NCBI GenBank assembly: GCA_002104905.1
Contig: MCFE01000491.1
Location: forward strand, 2,923-66,922
Reading direction: 5' to 3'
Length of the DNA stretch: 64,000 bases
Origin: Basidiobolus meristosporus CBS 931.73
Taxonomy: Eukaryota > Fungi > Basidiobolomycota
Shown here one piece after another: positions 23,008-37,419 of the stretch; position 1 is the stretch's first letter, and each line of letters opens with the position of its first letter. The notes below the pieces were generated by a model, which saw nothing but the letters and a program-made list of their open reading frames with translations, was not told the origin of the DNA and ran no database searches. The translations under genes and the position numbers were made by a program.

Positions 23008-24984
23008 TCGACTCTTGGCCGTCGCATCACGCTCTCGATAAATAGGAGAATTTGCAGAACCGATGTCACATAGTTGTAAAAGCCCATCGTTAGATATACG
23101 CAGAATCCCTTCAGCATCCTCAATCCCAATCTCATCCTCTATTCTTTCTATACATAAAGCTCGTAAATACATAATCTACATCTGGCTCACTAACCAAGCG
23201 CTACACAAAGGTCATGCACCCACGCTTCTCGTCGGGATATTGCATGCATGCGGAAGAATCAGGGAAGGCGATTTTCTACCCTGTTATCAGATATACATGG
23301 ATGATTGGAATTGACAATCTGGCATTCCGCGAAATCTCACTGCTGGTCAGCTCAGCAGCACCAGATTTATCCAGATGGATGGCGAGCACACGCATCTACT
23401 CCTAGGATCCCAAAATTCGCCAATCCGACGCACTCGGCTGGAGCTCAGAACAGGTTTTCCCGTGTGGTTGCTACCGTTGCTGGTATTGGGACATGATTAA
23501 CTTCTCTGAAGCGGAGGATAGTTTCAGATCATCTTATCTAGAATCTCCTCATTGCTTTATTTGGGCAACGGCAGCAGCCTCACCCTGCTCCAGCGGAATA
23601 TTTGGAGGCCCAGAAGCGGCATTTGCTATTTAGATATATTGGATGATAAATTACAGTTGAAGATACATGGCCCTAGTCGTGAGCGATTGTGCGCTATCTC
23701 AATCTCGCCTTTCTGGACCAGCGTGGCCCCTCCCGGGAGAGCTAAGCCGCAACATGACCACCATCTGGGCATTGGTGCACTCTTCAGTCCTTGTCCCCCT
23801 TGCGCTTGGAACAAATCATCTGAGCAACAGGTCAGTAGGCCGACTTGGATCCAAAGCGTAGCAGGGATTCGCTGGCAACGTGCTGGCCGCCGTAATACCA
23901 TTTCCCATTTTCAACTGAATAATATCCGAGTCGACACTACGCTACGAGCGATCAACCAATCAGCCGTGATCCCTCTCTACGTTTCACTAGGAATCTTGGA
24001 GATGAAATACCGGACGCCGACGATGATTGGTGGAGTCGCATTTGAGGTAATCTGCCAAATAAAACCTAAACTAGCTTTGGGTGAAAGGATTCCTGCTTAG
24101 CTATGGGCAGTAATGATGGCACACCTTACAGATGTGCGAATTCTTGTCCTCCGTCTGCACTCAAAAAACGGCAGCAAGCGAGGGTTTGGAAACATGGGCG
24201 GGCCTTGCCAACCAATGGTAAGCCAGCTGAGCGGCCTTCGCAAATACGGTGGAATATCACGGGCCGGATATTTTGGGTTGGACTGTCGCAATCAGGTTGA
24301 GCTATTCTCATCCGCATGCCTTTGCCAATCGTCGATGTATTTGATCCTGGTTGTGGTTTGAATTCTGCATTGCCCATATTGTGTGCGTTTGGCGTAGCGC
24401 GTTTCCTATGTATGACAGCTGAATGAGCATTCCCTCTCGGCTATAGTGATGATGAGTGATGCTAGGTTAATACTCCACAGGGAGTGGTATGCGCGAGACG
24501 AAGGAAAAACTAAATGCATCTTTGATTTTATGAAACCAGCAAACAGGAATTTCTTAGGTAACGTGTCGCCGTTTGTCTCTAAAACGTGAATGGAAACTGG
24601 TTTCTCGTGCCGTCGATGCCCATAATTATCAAATGAACTAATGAGTACTCATTTGGCAGAGTCGTGATCTCGTTCATGAGGCTCATTATATTACTCGTCG
24701 AGTCGGTATTCTATATAATAATGCTATCCTAAACCTTTGACCGAGATTCTCTTGATTACATACCCACTTTACGAAGTCAGGGAGTGTTTTTTACTTTTCA
24801 CGCTTCCCATGCCCCTCAATCCGAAATATATTGGCTCTCTCTAAAGCGGATATAAGTCCTCACTAGTCCAAAACACACTCCGATTTTGTCGAATCCCTCA
24901 CTATACATAGCCCCAACAAAGATCAGAAGTGTCTCTTCCCTATCATATTTTCGACAATCCTCTCCCAAAGGTTCCATTCCATAT

Positions 24985-26298
24985 ATGTCCAGTACTATAA
25001 CTTATACCCCCGTCCAGCTAGATGTTCTTCAGTACATGACCAAAGTCACAGCCACACTAAGCATTGTGGGGTCTTTGACGAGTATTTTTGTGAGCATTGG
25101 ATTTTTTTTCTGAGCAGCGGGTTTTGCACCTGTACTAAAACGTAGTGTTGAACATGTAGGCCTTTCTCTTTTGGAAACGTTTCCAGACGGCAACCGCACG
25201 GCTGGTGTTTTTTATGGCCATTTCTGATTTGATGTCAGTCATTTCCAGATTCATCGGAAGGTTTGTTTCGTCTGTGTGCTTGAGTTGTCTCTTCGGTGTC
25301 TAACACGCGTCGCTGGTGCGTTGCTAGGTGGGGCATTATGGCTGGCTCTGAAAGTTTTCTTTGTCAGTTTCAAGCAGGCGCCATGCAATGGGGCGATATA
25401 TCATCCATTCTTTGGACTGCGATGATATCGTTGAACTTAGTCTTCATCCTCTTTATGGAGCTAAGCCTTGAGGATGTATTGAAGTTTGAGAAGTATTACG
25501 TGGCTGTTTGCTATTCAGTAGGAGTAGTGATGGCCATTGTACCTTTGTTCATCGATGGTGGTAATGGCCAGAATCTGTACGGCGATGCTACCATTTGGTC
25601 AGTATACCCGTTCACTTCGATCAGCCTGATCTTTCATATTGACAACGATCATTAGGTGCTGGATCACAGGCTCTCATCCATATCACCAATTGGCTTTCTT
25701 ATTCTTGCCACTATGGACCATCTTTGTCTTCAATGCGGTAATCTACCTTTGGGTTGGACGTCTTATATGGCAGAAGGCTAGGAGTATCACTGGGTAAGTG
25801 ATAGATGAAGTCCCATTATTTGTGGTCTAGACCCGTATTGAAACACCATCTTTAAAGATCGAGCTTGAGCCACTACAAGTATGTTTACGGCAAGAATGTT
25901 TCCTTATATCTGCTTGCATTTCTGATTGTCTGGTAAGTCAACGTTTCTGCCAAGAGAGGTCAACCCCCATGCTAACTCCCTACATCGGATTGGGCAGGAC
26001 CCCTGGCACATTGAACCGGATATACTTCATGGTTAATGGCAAATCTTTCTATCCGTTTACGCTATTACAGTCGCTATTCTCACCATTAAGGGGGTTTATC
26101 AATTTCGCTGCATACTTCTATCTCTCATTGTTCATGCAAGTCAAGGAAGAGGAGCGGCGAAGTCGTTCTAACGGTAATGGATTCCCAAAGCAATCAATAC
26201 CAAGATCTGACGATACCATAGACACTACATTAACACCAAATTATACTAATGAGGAAAGCTTCAAGCGCATAACACTTAGTGGAGATTCACTGTATTGA
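24985..26298 (+). CDS. cAMP-receptor-like 7TM GPCR, multi-exon
   Basis: Spliced exons give seven hydrophobic segments with ARLVFFMAISDL, LCQFQAGAMQWGD, YGDATIW|CWI, YLLAFLIVW|TPGTLNR and SPLRGFINF, typical of the Dictyostelium CAR/fungal CRL family. Confidence 0.8.
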
Positions 26299-27623
26299 TC
26301 CTGGGATCGACTTAATAACAACCTCAGAGACCCTGTTCGTTACATTTTTTCGTATGATACCATCTTAGACACTCCACATCTCCGAAAGCCCCTCTTACCA
26401 GAATCGATTTGTGGCTCATTCTCAAACTATTTGCTCGATTCCACAGGTCGAAACGGTCTTTGGCTGCACCTAAAGATCAGGGAGCGCGGAGCTCATACAG
26501 CCCTAGGCTTTCATATGTTCTCTAAGAGGGAATTGTCACATTTGCTTTGCCATAAATGTTCATACACTTATTTCCACTCTGTCCAATGTCCATACAAAAT
26601 CCGCACGGCCCTTTCAATAACTCTGCAGCTCCACATAACGAGCATTGCAGATACTTTGGGCCACCCGAACCATAGAATAGCATCAGTAGTAATAAATACG
26701 TTGAGCAGTCTCTATTGTATCAGTCTGGATTTCAACTCCTCCGCTTCGTATGTACCGAACACAATTTAGGCACGAAGCGCCGCCATTGCATCCGTAAGAA
26801 GCATAGGTCATATATGCACAGATGAAGCCACGAGTTGAAAACGAGTGGCGTTGGTATCAGATTGAGTTTTATATGGTGTCTATTTTGGTGGCTGTCCAAG
26901 CTTAATTGCCACCGTACCACATGTTGGTGTGTGAGTGATCTGGTAGTCACAAAGTAATTCTCCCATTTGCCCACCTCCATCATGAATGGTCTGGGCCCAT
27001 GACACGTAAGGGATAATGTGACAAGCACTGGTGATTCAGTTGTCATCACCTCAACGGATTTAAGAATTGTTCATTGCGGACCACATGGGCAACGATAAAC
27101 CTGATGCACGTGAAGGACTAGCATATGTTCTCTGGCATTCACATGCTCGCAAACATATATTCCTGATACAGGGTTCTCGAAGTGATGGCAGTTATGGCGC
27201 CATAGGTTTTGGAGCGATACCAGCTAAGTGCACTGGATGACCTGGAAATATGCATAATATATCCCCCCCCCAGGTGTATATTACTAATGAATGCGAATAG
27301 CCTCATATTTGGGGTAGTATTGATACCAATTGCCTCTTTTTAGGGAAGGTTTATTCTCGTATAGGGGAATAATATTAGCAAACAAGTAATCTATACCAGG
27401 GTTGGTTTAATTGATACCAAATCGAGGAGGGCAACCTTGACACTGTCAGATAACAATGCTATTTGGATTGATTTGGCCAAGGTTACAAATTCGCGTGTTT
27501 ATTGTGCCAAAATTTCTGTACAGAGGATTGGTTGATATTGTCGATCTATCATGGAGTCATGAATGTGCTCTCCAAATCAAACTTGCTTGAGCACTCACTG
27601 CCCATATCCAGAGGATGGCCAGC

Positions 27624-28682
27624 TCATAAAAGCTTTTTGATTTCTTCGACTTCTTCCTCAGGCTTCCCTTCGCTATACCTAAATGAGTCCGAGAGCAAGC
27701 TGTCTTCATCAAAATATTTGAACGCGAACATCCTTGAAAACATCCTAACAGCACTGTTGGAGAAGCTCTTATCGAGGCAGGAGTTGAGATAATACTGCCG
27801 AGTCATTTTCTGACGAAATGAATACCATGCGGAGTGGAGGGCTGGATCAAGGCAAAAAACCATGGCATTGAGCAAGCCTTGTGAGGCATCGCATATTTGC
27901 GTTGTTTGCGGACTCCAAGGAGGAATGTTTTCACCTTTCTGGATGAATACAAACCCAATGACAAATACAATCGGAAACCTCACTAGTACGATTACGATAG
28001 GATAGCAGATAATTCTAACTACCATTAGGTTTATCATTCGTTGCTGGCGCATTGCTCTTTTTGAGGCCTCAATGTTTCCAACACTGCTGTAGGACTCTTG
28101 CTTGAAATATGTTCTCTGTCTGAATAAGTGTATCATAACCAAAAGAAGTGTTATGGTGCAGAACACCACACAAGACAACGAAGGTAGAACATAGGTCATC
28201 AATTGCCATATTCGTGCTTTCGTGCTTTTTTCGTCGATATACCAACATGTATGGGCAACAGGATCGGCACCAATAACTCCAAAAGCTGCAGGGAGAGTGG
28301 ATAAGGTGAATGCCATAAAGAAAACGGTTAAAAAATAGGTGCGCTCTAAATTAGCTGCGTTTCGTCTACCCTGAACAAATATCAAGTACAGGTTCAAGAC
28401 GATGGCAATATTTAGGAAACAAAACGAGTTGAAAGTGAACAGATAGATCCACATACAAAATGTGGATACCCATCCCACTTCTTGGTAGTTCGCCCAGATA
28501 CTCGCCGTGGTGAACAAAGCATCGAGTATCAGCATGGCCAACGTTAAGCGTATGCTCACGCGGTCTACGGCCTCCTTGTTATAAATCCAGATAACTACAA
28601 TTACCGTTGCAACAAAAAGAGAGGAAGCAATAGAAATTGCGCAGAGTATATCATGAACCTTGTTGTAGGTATGAAATTCCAT
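27624..28682 (-). CDS. 7TM GPCR-like protein (CAR/Git3-like), intronless
   Basis: 352-aa ORF with seven TM-like stretches, DRVSIRL, CWYID, VRIICYPIV and SQGLLNAMVFCLDP. Confidence 0.8.
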   Translation of the reverse strand: MEFHTYNKVHDILCAISIASSLFVATVIVVIWIYNKEAVDRVSIRLTLAMLILDALFTTASIWANYQEVGWVSTFCMWIYLFTFNSFCFLNIAIVLNLYLIFVQGRRNAANLERTYFLTVFFMAFTLSTLPAAFGVIGADPVAHTCWYIDEKSTKARIWQLMTYVLPSLSCVVFCTITLLLVMIHLFRQRTYFKQESYSSVGNIEASKRAMRQQRMINLMVVRIICYPIVIVLVRFPIVFVIGFVFIQKGENIPPWSPQTTQICDASQGLLNAMVFCLDPALHSAWYSFRQKMTRQYYLNSCLDKSFSNSAVRMFSRMFAFKYFDEDSLLSDSFRYSEGKPEEEVEEIKKLL

Positions 28683-29906
28683 GATCTTGGGTCAAAAAAA
28701 GGGAGCAGTGAAGATATGTAATGGCTGGGGATTTTTGTAAGACTTTCCGAACTCGCTTTCAATTCCCAAAGCTCTGAGCTATATATCCAAAGCAAGGCCA
28801 TCTTTTGTACCCCAAGGAACCCAACCCCTTCCGATCCCTTGATCCAATAGGTATTCTTCCCAGCAAGGTTGGAGTAAGACTGCAGCCACTGATTGCATCA
28901 CTGATGTTGTGGGCTAAAGGATGGAGCCATATTTTACCTGAAACCTACCCTTCCAAAGGCTCAACAATTCTCAACCATGAGTAGCTACGGATCCCATCAG
29001 TATTCCGGTAGAGATGCATTACGGAATGATCGCTCCATGGTTTTTCTGACAAGTTGTTTTGTATTGGAGAAGCCCCACATCCCAATCTAGGATAATTCTG
29101 GCGTTCTCCCTATGATATACATGCACATGCAACTGCGCAGTCAGTGTTAGTTCGAGAGGTGGGAGGCTAAATCTGGAAAGGTAATGATTGTAGATGGTCT
29201 ATCTGCAGTCATTTCAATGTAAATACAGTCTTAGAGATCTCCTCAGCCCACAGCAACGAACTACGGATTGAATTCATTTGCAGATCTTTTAGTCTATGAC
29301 GATCAGCTGTCATAATAGAGCACTGGCTCATTTACCAGATTCGTAGATGGATCTTTATGTTTCGCATGTTCTATGTAAGAGCACTTACCATTTTAAGCTG
29401 TCGGATATATATTATAGCTTGAAGATGGCGATATACACATATCTCGGCCCGTTTAGCATTGAGCTACGGGTTCAAACAAGCGTACCCCTTTACTGGTCTT
29501 TCAACATTGGAGCCACCACCGTGATTGTTGGTAGCATGTATGAAAAGCCCACTAAGTGATCATGAGATTTCTTCCACTGTAGGGTTCGTAGCAATCAACA
29601 ACTATAATAAACATGGTTTATTCATTTATTTGACCAACACCACGGTTTGCTCGGAATAGGTGAATACCGCCTTTCTTTGATTGGTTGGCCCGAAACTGGA
29701 GTTGTATAGCGTGCTAATGTTGATATGAAGTAAGCCTGGTCTCGCGGAACCATATGAATAGGTACGTAAACTGCTGCTCACCTCACCATGCTAGTTACTG
29801 ATCATGACTCCACGAATGAATGAGAATTCCTGGTTGCGCATCGCCCATACTTCCAATTGTTTATTTAATTTTCTCTGATATACAAAATATTGCCGTTGCT
29901 AGCATG

Positions 29907-31694
29907 TCACACAACAGTGGTACCTTTGGCGATCCTATGGTAACGGAAAGTAAATGTTATAGCAGCCAGTACCACCATAGCGAAAGAAATAATCGCTGGG
30001 ATGTGGAATTGATTAGGATCACTCCATATCATAGTTAACAGGAATTGCCCCAAATCAAATACATTCGTCAAGGAATACTGCCAACCGTTGATTAACCCTG
30101 CCTGTGCATTATCCACTCTTTCCTGCATGATTTGGGTTTGGCTGAGATCAAACACCCATACCCCCAGACGAGACAACGATATTCCACCTGTGGTGCAACA
30201 TTAAGCCGATTAGTATGAACAGGAGCCATCAAAGCTAAACACTTGAATATTACCAAATAGCAGAATGGCAGAGAGAAGATTCTGAGGTAGGAAGAAAGAT
30301 ATAATGACTGGAATCAGAGTGATTACTTCTATCCAGATTGAAGCTTTGGCCGTTCGGTAAACGCCAAGGAAATGCTTCATGATGGGCATCACGAAGGTAC
30401 CAATCAGGGCCAAAACAGCCATCAAGCTACGCATGACACTGATTAAAGATTCTGGATATCCTTTCCACGACAAGTATGACACCATGGTTCCAGCAATGCT
30501 TAATACAGACATATATATCATGGCATATGAAAGAGAGGCTAATGGTCAAAAAAGATGCTTTAGAAAACAGATCCGACATTGCATACGACTTGAGAATATT
30601 GTTGAATACTCACAAGCAAAAACCGGATGGTTGATATAGCTCAGCCAGCCTTGATAAAATCGAGATAGCACCGGGATCGTAGCAACAGTCTCTTCTTTCT
30701 CAGCATTGTGTTCCTGGGAGACTTTACTATAAGCCAATTCCGGAACAAGCGTATACACCTGCTTGATAATGAGAAGCTCGGGCACTGCGGAGGCAAGACT
30801 CCAGAAGCCAACAAATACTACACAGAATACGTTTCCTTGTGATGACGATAGAAATCCAAAAAACAGCGGTGTTACAATTTTACTGATGAGATCTATACGG
30901 CGCATATTGGTATTGACAGCTATTTTCCTCGGTTAGGATTCGGCCATGATGCTTGGCAAGATGAAAACTGATGGTCCACTTACTCGTCAATGCTGATGAG
31001 TCACTTTTTGTTAGGATTACAATCCAATCCTACAATGCACAGTTAGGTTACATGCGGACGTGGATGAATTTTACAAAATACTCACCCTATCAACAGCAAT
31101 GGACAGACTTATAGTTGCCACTTTAAGTACGCAAGCAAAGAACACAATGGCCCCAAAGACGCCATAGATTGTGCTCCTCTCTGAACCCACGGAGAAATCG
31201 TATCTACTAAGAAACCAAAACCCTAGGCACATGAGACCAATGCTCATTCTCTTCGTAGGGATTGCGATAGCGACAGCTGTGAGTATAGTGGAAGGTGTGA
31301 GATAAGGTTCACAACGATACGACGTGCGTTCTTACCTGTACGTCGAGAGACATAATCCACCCATTTACCAACCCAGCTGCTTAGCACAATCCCGACTCCA
31401 GTTAATGCGAAGCCATACACAGATGAGGGTAGCAAAGTGTCTTTAAAAACATGCATGATGAACAGATAGGATCCAAACTCGTATAAGCGGTCACACCAGG
31501 TACTAAAATACACAGACGAATCAGCGCTGATCTCGTTGGAAGGCGAGAAGGAAGGCTACGTACTTGAATAGCTGGAAGGCGAAGAGCCAAAGGTAAATCT
31601 TTGGAGGATATCGAAGCAACTTCTTTGGACTATGATTGACATGGGAACAATCAATGTCTTTCTCGGCTTCGTGATTGTGGATTTTCTCAAGCAT
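29907..31694 (-). CDS. Ferroportin (SLC40/FPN1 family) transporter, multi-exon; 3' end approximate
   Basis: TWCDRLYEF, WVGKWVD, MRRIDLISKIVTPLFFG and SRLGVWVFDLSQTQIMQE...GLINGWQYSL are ferroportin motifs. The first exon MLEKIHN... starts at 31694. Confidence 0.88.
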
Positions 31695-32908
31695 TTGCAG
31701 AGACTACGGGACAGAAAGCTCTGCTGCGTATTTATACTCTCAAAACCTACAACCTTCTAGATGTTGATGGGACTCATTGTGCATAATCATATATGAAATC
31801 TGGAGTTACAATGGGTACCCTATAGTAAAACAACATCCAGTATACCACGAAGCCCGGGATCGATTTTATCATGGTAATACCAGCACTGTATGCCTAAAAC
31901 ACAACGTCTTCGACCAAAAGATCCATGCTAATCGTTGTTTTAACGTGAGATAGATTAGATGGGTGAGAGATTCTGCCCTAATTTAGAAGTAGCGAAAACA
32001 TATCTGGGGTGAGGTCAAAGGAGCCTTTCTATCGAATTTCTTCACACCATTACCAGTTCTCTTCTTTTGGTTGTACGGAGTACTACTAACCTCTCAAACT
32101 GCCCACTCTATATCGGATCAAGCTTACATTCCATCCCAAAATGTTGATCTACCTGGACGGTTCAGTTTAGAGAAACTTGTGTAACGTGCTAACATATTTA
32201 GAGTTTATACTTCATTCCAACAGAACAAGCTTTACCATTGTGGGAAAATTTGATGATCCGCCTGGTTCTTTTTGCCGGAGTTGTACCTAGGCCCCTCTTG
32301 CCTATCAGCTTCTAGCTTCGTGAATTTGTGGTATTGCGTCAAGATTGCTGGCAATGCCTATGTTTAGGGCCTACACCACCTGAAGCCACCGGTCCCTTTG
32401 AGTAGCTCATGGGGATAGTGAAGCCAATAGTTGGACATGATTTACCGGTGTTGCCATTTCTACTGTAACCTGCATGCACTGTGCCTTTGTATTGGTAACA
32501 GGATGCATCTCGTCCATCTAAATCATACTGCTCAATATAGTAACAAGGCTACAGCTTCGATAGTCTTGAACATACGATCCATACATCATGAAACGCGTAC
32601 TTGCTTCCGGATATCGCATTTACTTCCATGATGACAGCCCAAAAGCTCAGAAAAAACTCCAAGGATCGAGTGTTCAACTAGTACATCACTCTTTATTATA
32701 TCAAGAAGAAACAATTGGGAAAGAGTTTTCAAACTATACACTATTTGTTTTTATATCTGGAGTGAAATACTCCAAAAGAAATGCAAAACCAATGAAAATA
32801 AAAACGTGGTGTATAATAAATGACTAGTGTACTAGAATGTTTGGAGAAGGATGTGATAAATGATGCTTATGAAAAATGTACGATGATATGCGTAGGAGAC
32901 ATATGAGA

Positions 32909-33627
32909 TTAATCTCTATCTTGAACAACGCCAACCTGAGCAGCACGCAATACTCTACCACGGAGTAGGTAACCAACCTTCTCTACAGAAATAATGGTGC
33001 CGGGCTCTTTGTCAGGCATAGGAACTTGGTACAAGGCTTGATGAACATTAGGATCAAACTTTTGACCAGCTGGGTTATCTTGAACAACCCCATGACGGTT
33101 CAAAGCCTTCACCAGCTCAGCTTCAGTCATGGAAACACCAGTGTAGAGGTTCTTGAGGTGATCGTTCTCGCCACGAGCTTGCTCAGGGACAGCCTTGAGA
33201 GCCATGTTTAGGATATCGACAGTGTTGAGGAGATCCTTGGCAAACTTTGTAATGGCAAACTGCGAGGCTTGCTCGATTTCCTTACGAGTGCGGTTGCGAA
33301 CGTTTTCCATTTCGGCAAGGCAACGAAGATAAGCATCCTAACAAACCAGTTACGATTAGGAGAATTCTTTGAAAGAACGTTTATGCAATCTGGTTTTACC
33401 TTAATCTCAGCTAGCTTCTTCTCTTTATCTTCTTCGGTGGCTTCAGTCTTAGATTCTTCAGTGGCAGGAGTTTCAGTCTTTTCGGTCTTTTCCTCGTCTT
33501 GCTTATCAGAGTAGAAGCGGACGCCAGTCTGGCCGAGACGAATAGAGCTAGCCTTGGTGGCAGGTCGGACAGCGGACAGGAGGCCAAAATTGGATTTGAC
33601 GATGGAAGCGACGCGAAGAGAAGACAT
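32909..33627 (-). CDS. MGE1: Mitochondrial GrpE nucleotide-exchange factor, 2 exons
   Basis: Presequence MSSLRVASIV (ATG 33627), AEMENVRNRT, FAITKFAKDLL, KFDPNVHQAL and VGYLLRGRVLRAAQVGV. Confidence 0.95.
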
Positions 33628-34892
33628 TACAGTATTTGAAGGAAGGATATTTAGTTCACGTCGAAAATTTAGTTCAAATAGATAAAATTCCACATAGGTA
33701 GAGCCGTGTATAGTAAAAATTTTTTATTTCATCTCAATCTTTTTCAGATCAGCCTCACGATTGGCTCGAAACCAGGTCCGTTCAGATACTCTTGCCAAAT
33801 AAGATCCCTAACAAACGGTTGTGCCTTTTTACTAGCTCCTTGACTCCGCTATTGTTCGTTGCTGGACCAATTGGGTGACACCAATTAAGTGCTGCGGCTT
33901 GTAGAATCGAAAGTATGTTCCATTTAAGCCCCTAGAATTGATGAGAACCAGATGTGTTGGAAGTAGTGGTGAACGCAGCCATTATACGTATCTAGAAGTC
34001 GATATGAAACTGAAAGGATCCAATTTCGTTGACCAGTGTGGAGGGTGCCTACGAATCAAAAGCGGGGAAACTGGCTTAGTATATCAATGGAGCAGCAACG
34101 GATCTATTGGAATTATCAATGTATCAATTTGGATAAATGCACTTCGTAACCACTGTTCTTTGTTATCAAATAGAGCGACACTAAGTCGTGTATCTGACAG
34201 GAGGCGTGGGCAGCCGTTTGACGGCACCCATGGGAAGCACAGAGTACAGGCACCATACAGGCACCATACAGGCACCAACAAAACACCCCAGTGCAGAATC
34301 AGACCCTCAATTTTAGAACCACGTAGTACATATTGGTGCGGAAAAAGACGGGTTTTAGAGGAATCGACAAATGGTATAGACATGAGGTGAAAAGGTCGAA
34401 TCACTTGGTCTACAGTCATTCTATAAACAAGTAGCCTGTAATTAGTGTAGCACTTAGTGTAGCTGAGAATTGAAAGCTCAAATAATTGACAATCATCGTG
34501 TTCACCATTGCACTTCTTATGCGTCTTTACCTAAATAAGGGTTAGGGTTAGTCTGGTAGTTTAAGCGGCACGTCTTTTATATGAATCTTTGCTATTCTGG
34601 GCTTCTAAGCATTATATAGCTTCCATACCCATAGCGTGATTAAGTTAATTAATCTCAGAACAAAACTACATGGTCGCCCTCCACTTCTATGCTGATTCCT
34701 GAATCCAACATTTGCAGTTAGCTCTTTGAGTCGACTTAAGATCAATTTATCGCACGGTATAGCCCGATCAGCTGAAAAAAGTACACAACAGTTTAATACA
34801 CTTTTTAATTGGATGGTGGTTTGTTTATAGCTCTAGCTCTCCAGCCTTCGAATTTCTGTGTATTCCTCAGTGAGTGAAGGGTGTATGCTACA

Positions 34893-36631
34893 ATGCAATT
34901 CGTGACTGTACATAAAGAATTCGATGTACGTATATTTCGCCAAAAATCGTTCTAATATTTGGCTATACTGTTGTTCTGACTCTCACCTTTTCATAGGATG
35001 GACTGAAGTTTTTTATCCAAGAAGATCCTGAGGATTACGGAGATTGGATTGATGCTCGTCTGTTCACTCTGATGAGCCCAGACAAAGTGGAGCTATATAA
35101 TCGGCTACTGGACACAAGAACCTTTCAAAATAGATTCGATATGATAAACACAGTGGAAGATTCGTCTTCCGAGGCATTAATATTCCCACCAACTCATCAA
35201 ACGCTTGTAGATAGTTGCTTGGAAGAAAAGCACTGTGAGTGCTACGATTTGAATATTCTACCGTAAGCTGGTCTTAACGTCCTTATTCGATTAGACAACG
35301 ACGCATTAAAGATGCTTGAAAGTCTCGTGTCGGAGCGCTTTTATCCGCCGAAGTATGTTGGTGACATCTGAGTGCTATTTCAGCGATATGCTAAATACTT
35401 CGTTATTTTCTATATTAGACGCATGATCCGACAAATCATCGATGATATTATACTGGAACATGAAGATAATTACTTAGCAACTCGAGCTTACCAACACCTA
35501 AAGCATATTCAAGTATATCATGGTCCTAAGGTTTTCGAAACCCTTTGGGACGACGGTCAGGAGTTTTGGAATTTTCTGGACAATCTCACTTCGTACGTGA
35601 CAAAAGAAGAGTACCAGCAACGGGATATGGTTTGTGGGTTCCCAAAGCGCCTCTACCTATACCAAGACTAACCTAGTGTCAGAGCTCTAGAATACGAATG
35701 GTATTGGACTTCATCACCGGGTTGATTTACGACGACTTATCTAGGAATTATCCATGTATGGGAGATTTCATAGTTCTTGCTAGGGTCCCAACTAATATCG
35801 CAACACAACAGGGAATTTAAGCGACGCATTGTTAACCAACTACTTTGTTAAATACTCAATGCCCGTCACTAAGCTGCAGAAAGCGTTGGACATTATATTT
35901 CATTTGATCGAGTTTTTCAAAGAAAACATCGAAATTGAAAGTATATGCTTTCACTTTTTAGACCAGGTAGGTCCATTTTGTAGCGCATTTATGTTGCTGA
36001 GCCCTAAGTATTCATACCGTTCGGTGATTCAGATGATTCTACTTTCTCATGGAAATATCCTCTGCGGGGAAACACTTCTGGGTGGAATTTACGAACGAAT
36101 TTACAAGTCCAACGTGAACGGATTCCTAACTTTCTTTACGGTACCCATTTTTCCTTGATCTTTCTTGTTGCTCGCTCTACTCACGCCGGCCTCATCCAGA
36201 AATTGCACTCCAATGTGATGAAAGTGAAACTAATAGATTTCATGTTTTATCATGACTACAGTCACGCCAACTTACCTACCAAAGCACTTCTTCGCACACC
36301 AATCTCTTTGCGCAAGCTGGCTCTGCTGTTTCAAATCAGCCCAAATTATAAATGGTCTCAAAGAGATACCATGGAGGATTTGTATCGATACACATCATTG
36401 TTGTACTTGATGCTTCAAGCATACACTCGGTCCATCGGGTATTTTCGAAATGTACGCGTATTCGCATTAGATCCAGACGAAATAGAGGTGCTGACCAAAA
36501 TACCTACCATGGTGAAAGAACTATCTAAAAAGCACAATGCTGACCTCAGGGAGGATGAAAGTGAATACACGCTGAAGGTAAAGCAGAACTTCTCTTTAAT
36601 AAAGACGTACGCGTTGCTCTGGCAATCATAA
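34893..36631 (+). CDS. Hypothetical multi-exon protein, unknown function
   Basis: Consecutive + strand ORFs (35072, 35372, 35829, 36155) are separated by short GT-AG introns. No family was recognised and the start codon is tentative. Confidence 0.55.
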
Positions 36632-36953
36632 AAATTCACTTGCTACCTTGAATGTTATACCTATCTATGCTCACTAGACCTCTCCTCGCTGTAACTATAT
36701 TGGCAATAAAACTGAATCCAGCATATAAGGGCGGTTTCCTTTTGTCGAGCTCAAGTACTACTCTAGGTGGTATGCAAGGCTTGTTTACCAATATTGGTGT
36801 TTTAAGCTGTCAGTGTGTGACATGGGATTGTCGATCATACGGCCAATTCCTGACCACTATTCAAGCATTCGTAATAATAAAACTTCGCGCATAATACAAA
36901 TAATTTTATATAATGTTTTATCGATGATAGTATCCTATTTAAGTGGGTATCGT

Positions 36954-37419
36954 TCAAGAGCGAGCATTAACGTGAATTTTGGGTTTCACGTTGGTGACAG
37001 TTTCTAGTAACTTAGCCAAGACCTTTTCCTTATTCTGTTCAAAAGCAACCTCAACCAACTTGATGTTCTCCTGGGTTTCCTTAAGAACGGCCTGGGAACC
37101 TTGATCAGAGGTACCTAGATGTTGTTGCTCCAACACCTTGAATTCTTCGGCTTTTTCAGCCTTGATAGCCTCTATCTCTTTGGCAGCTTCTGAGCGAGCT
37201 TCCTTCAAGCGCTGAACACGGTCTTCATACGAAAAGTATAAGATTGTGTAGCCCAAAAATAATGATGAATGACTTACATTGTTTAGCTTGTTGAACGATT
37301 CTAGAGGCCTCCTTTTCGGCTTCAAGAAGAGTTTGGATACCTTGGGAATTAGATGCAGACTATGACATACGTTAGTTGATTTATGGGATCTCAAGTGTGT
37401 TGTTAGGGATACTGACCAT
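36954..37419 (-). CDS. VMA10: V-type ATPase subunit G, 3 exons (first exon is ATG only)
   Basis: ATG|gtcagt at 37419-37417, then SASNSQGIQTLLEAEKEA and RVQRLKEARSEAAKEIE...VKPKIHVNA. Confidence 0.93.

Noticed and set aside
23000-24400. Overlapping short ORFs between SSH4 and the first GPCR
   Set aside because: No family resemblance and conflicting frames, so they cannot be supported as genes.
34245-34277. Three copies of the 11-mer TACAGGCACCA
   Set aside because: A short local tandem duplication with no other support for function.
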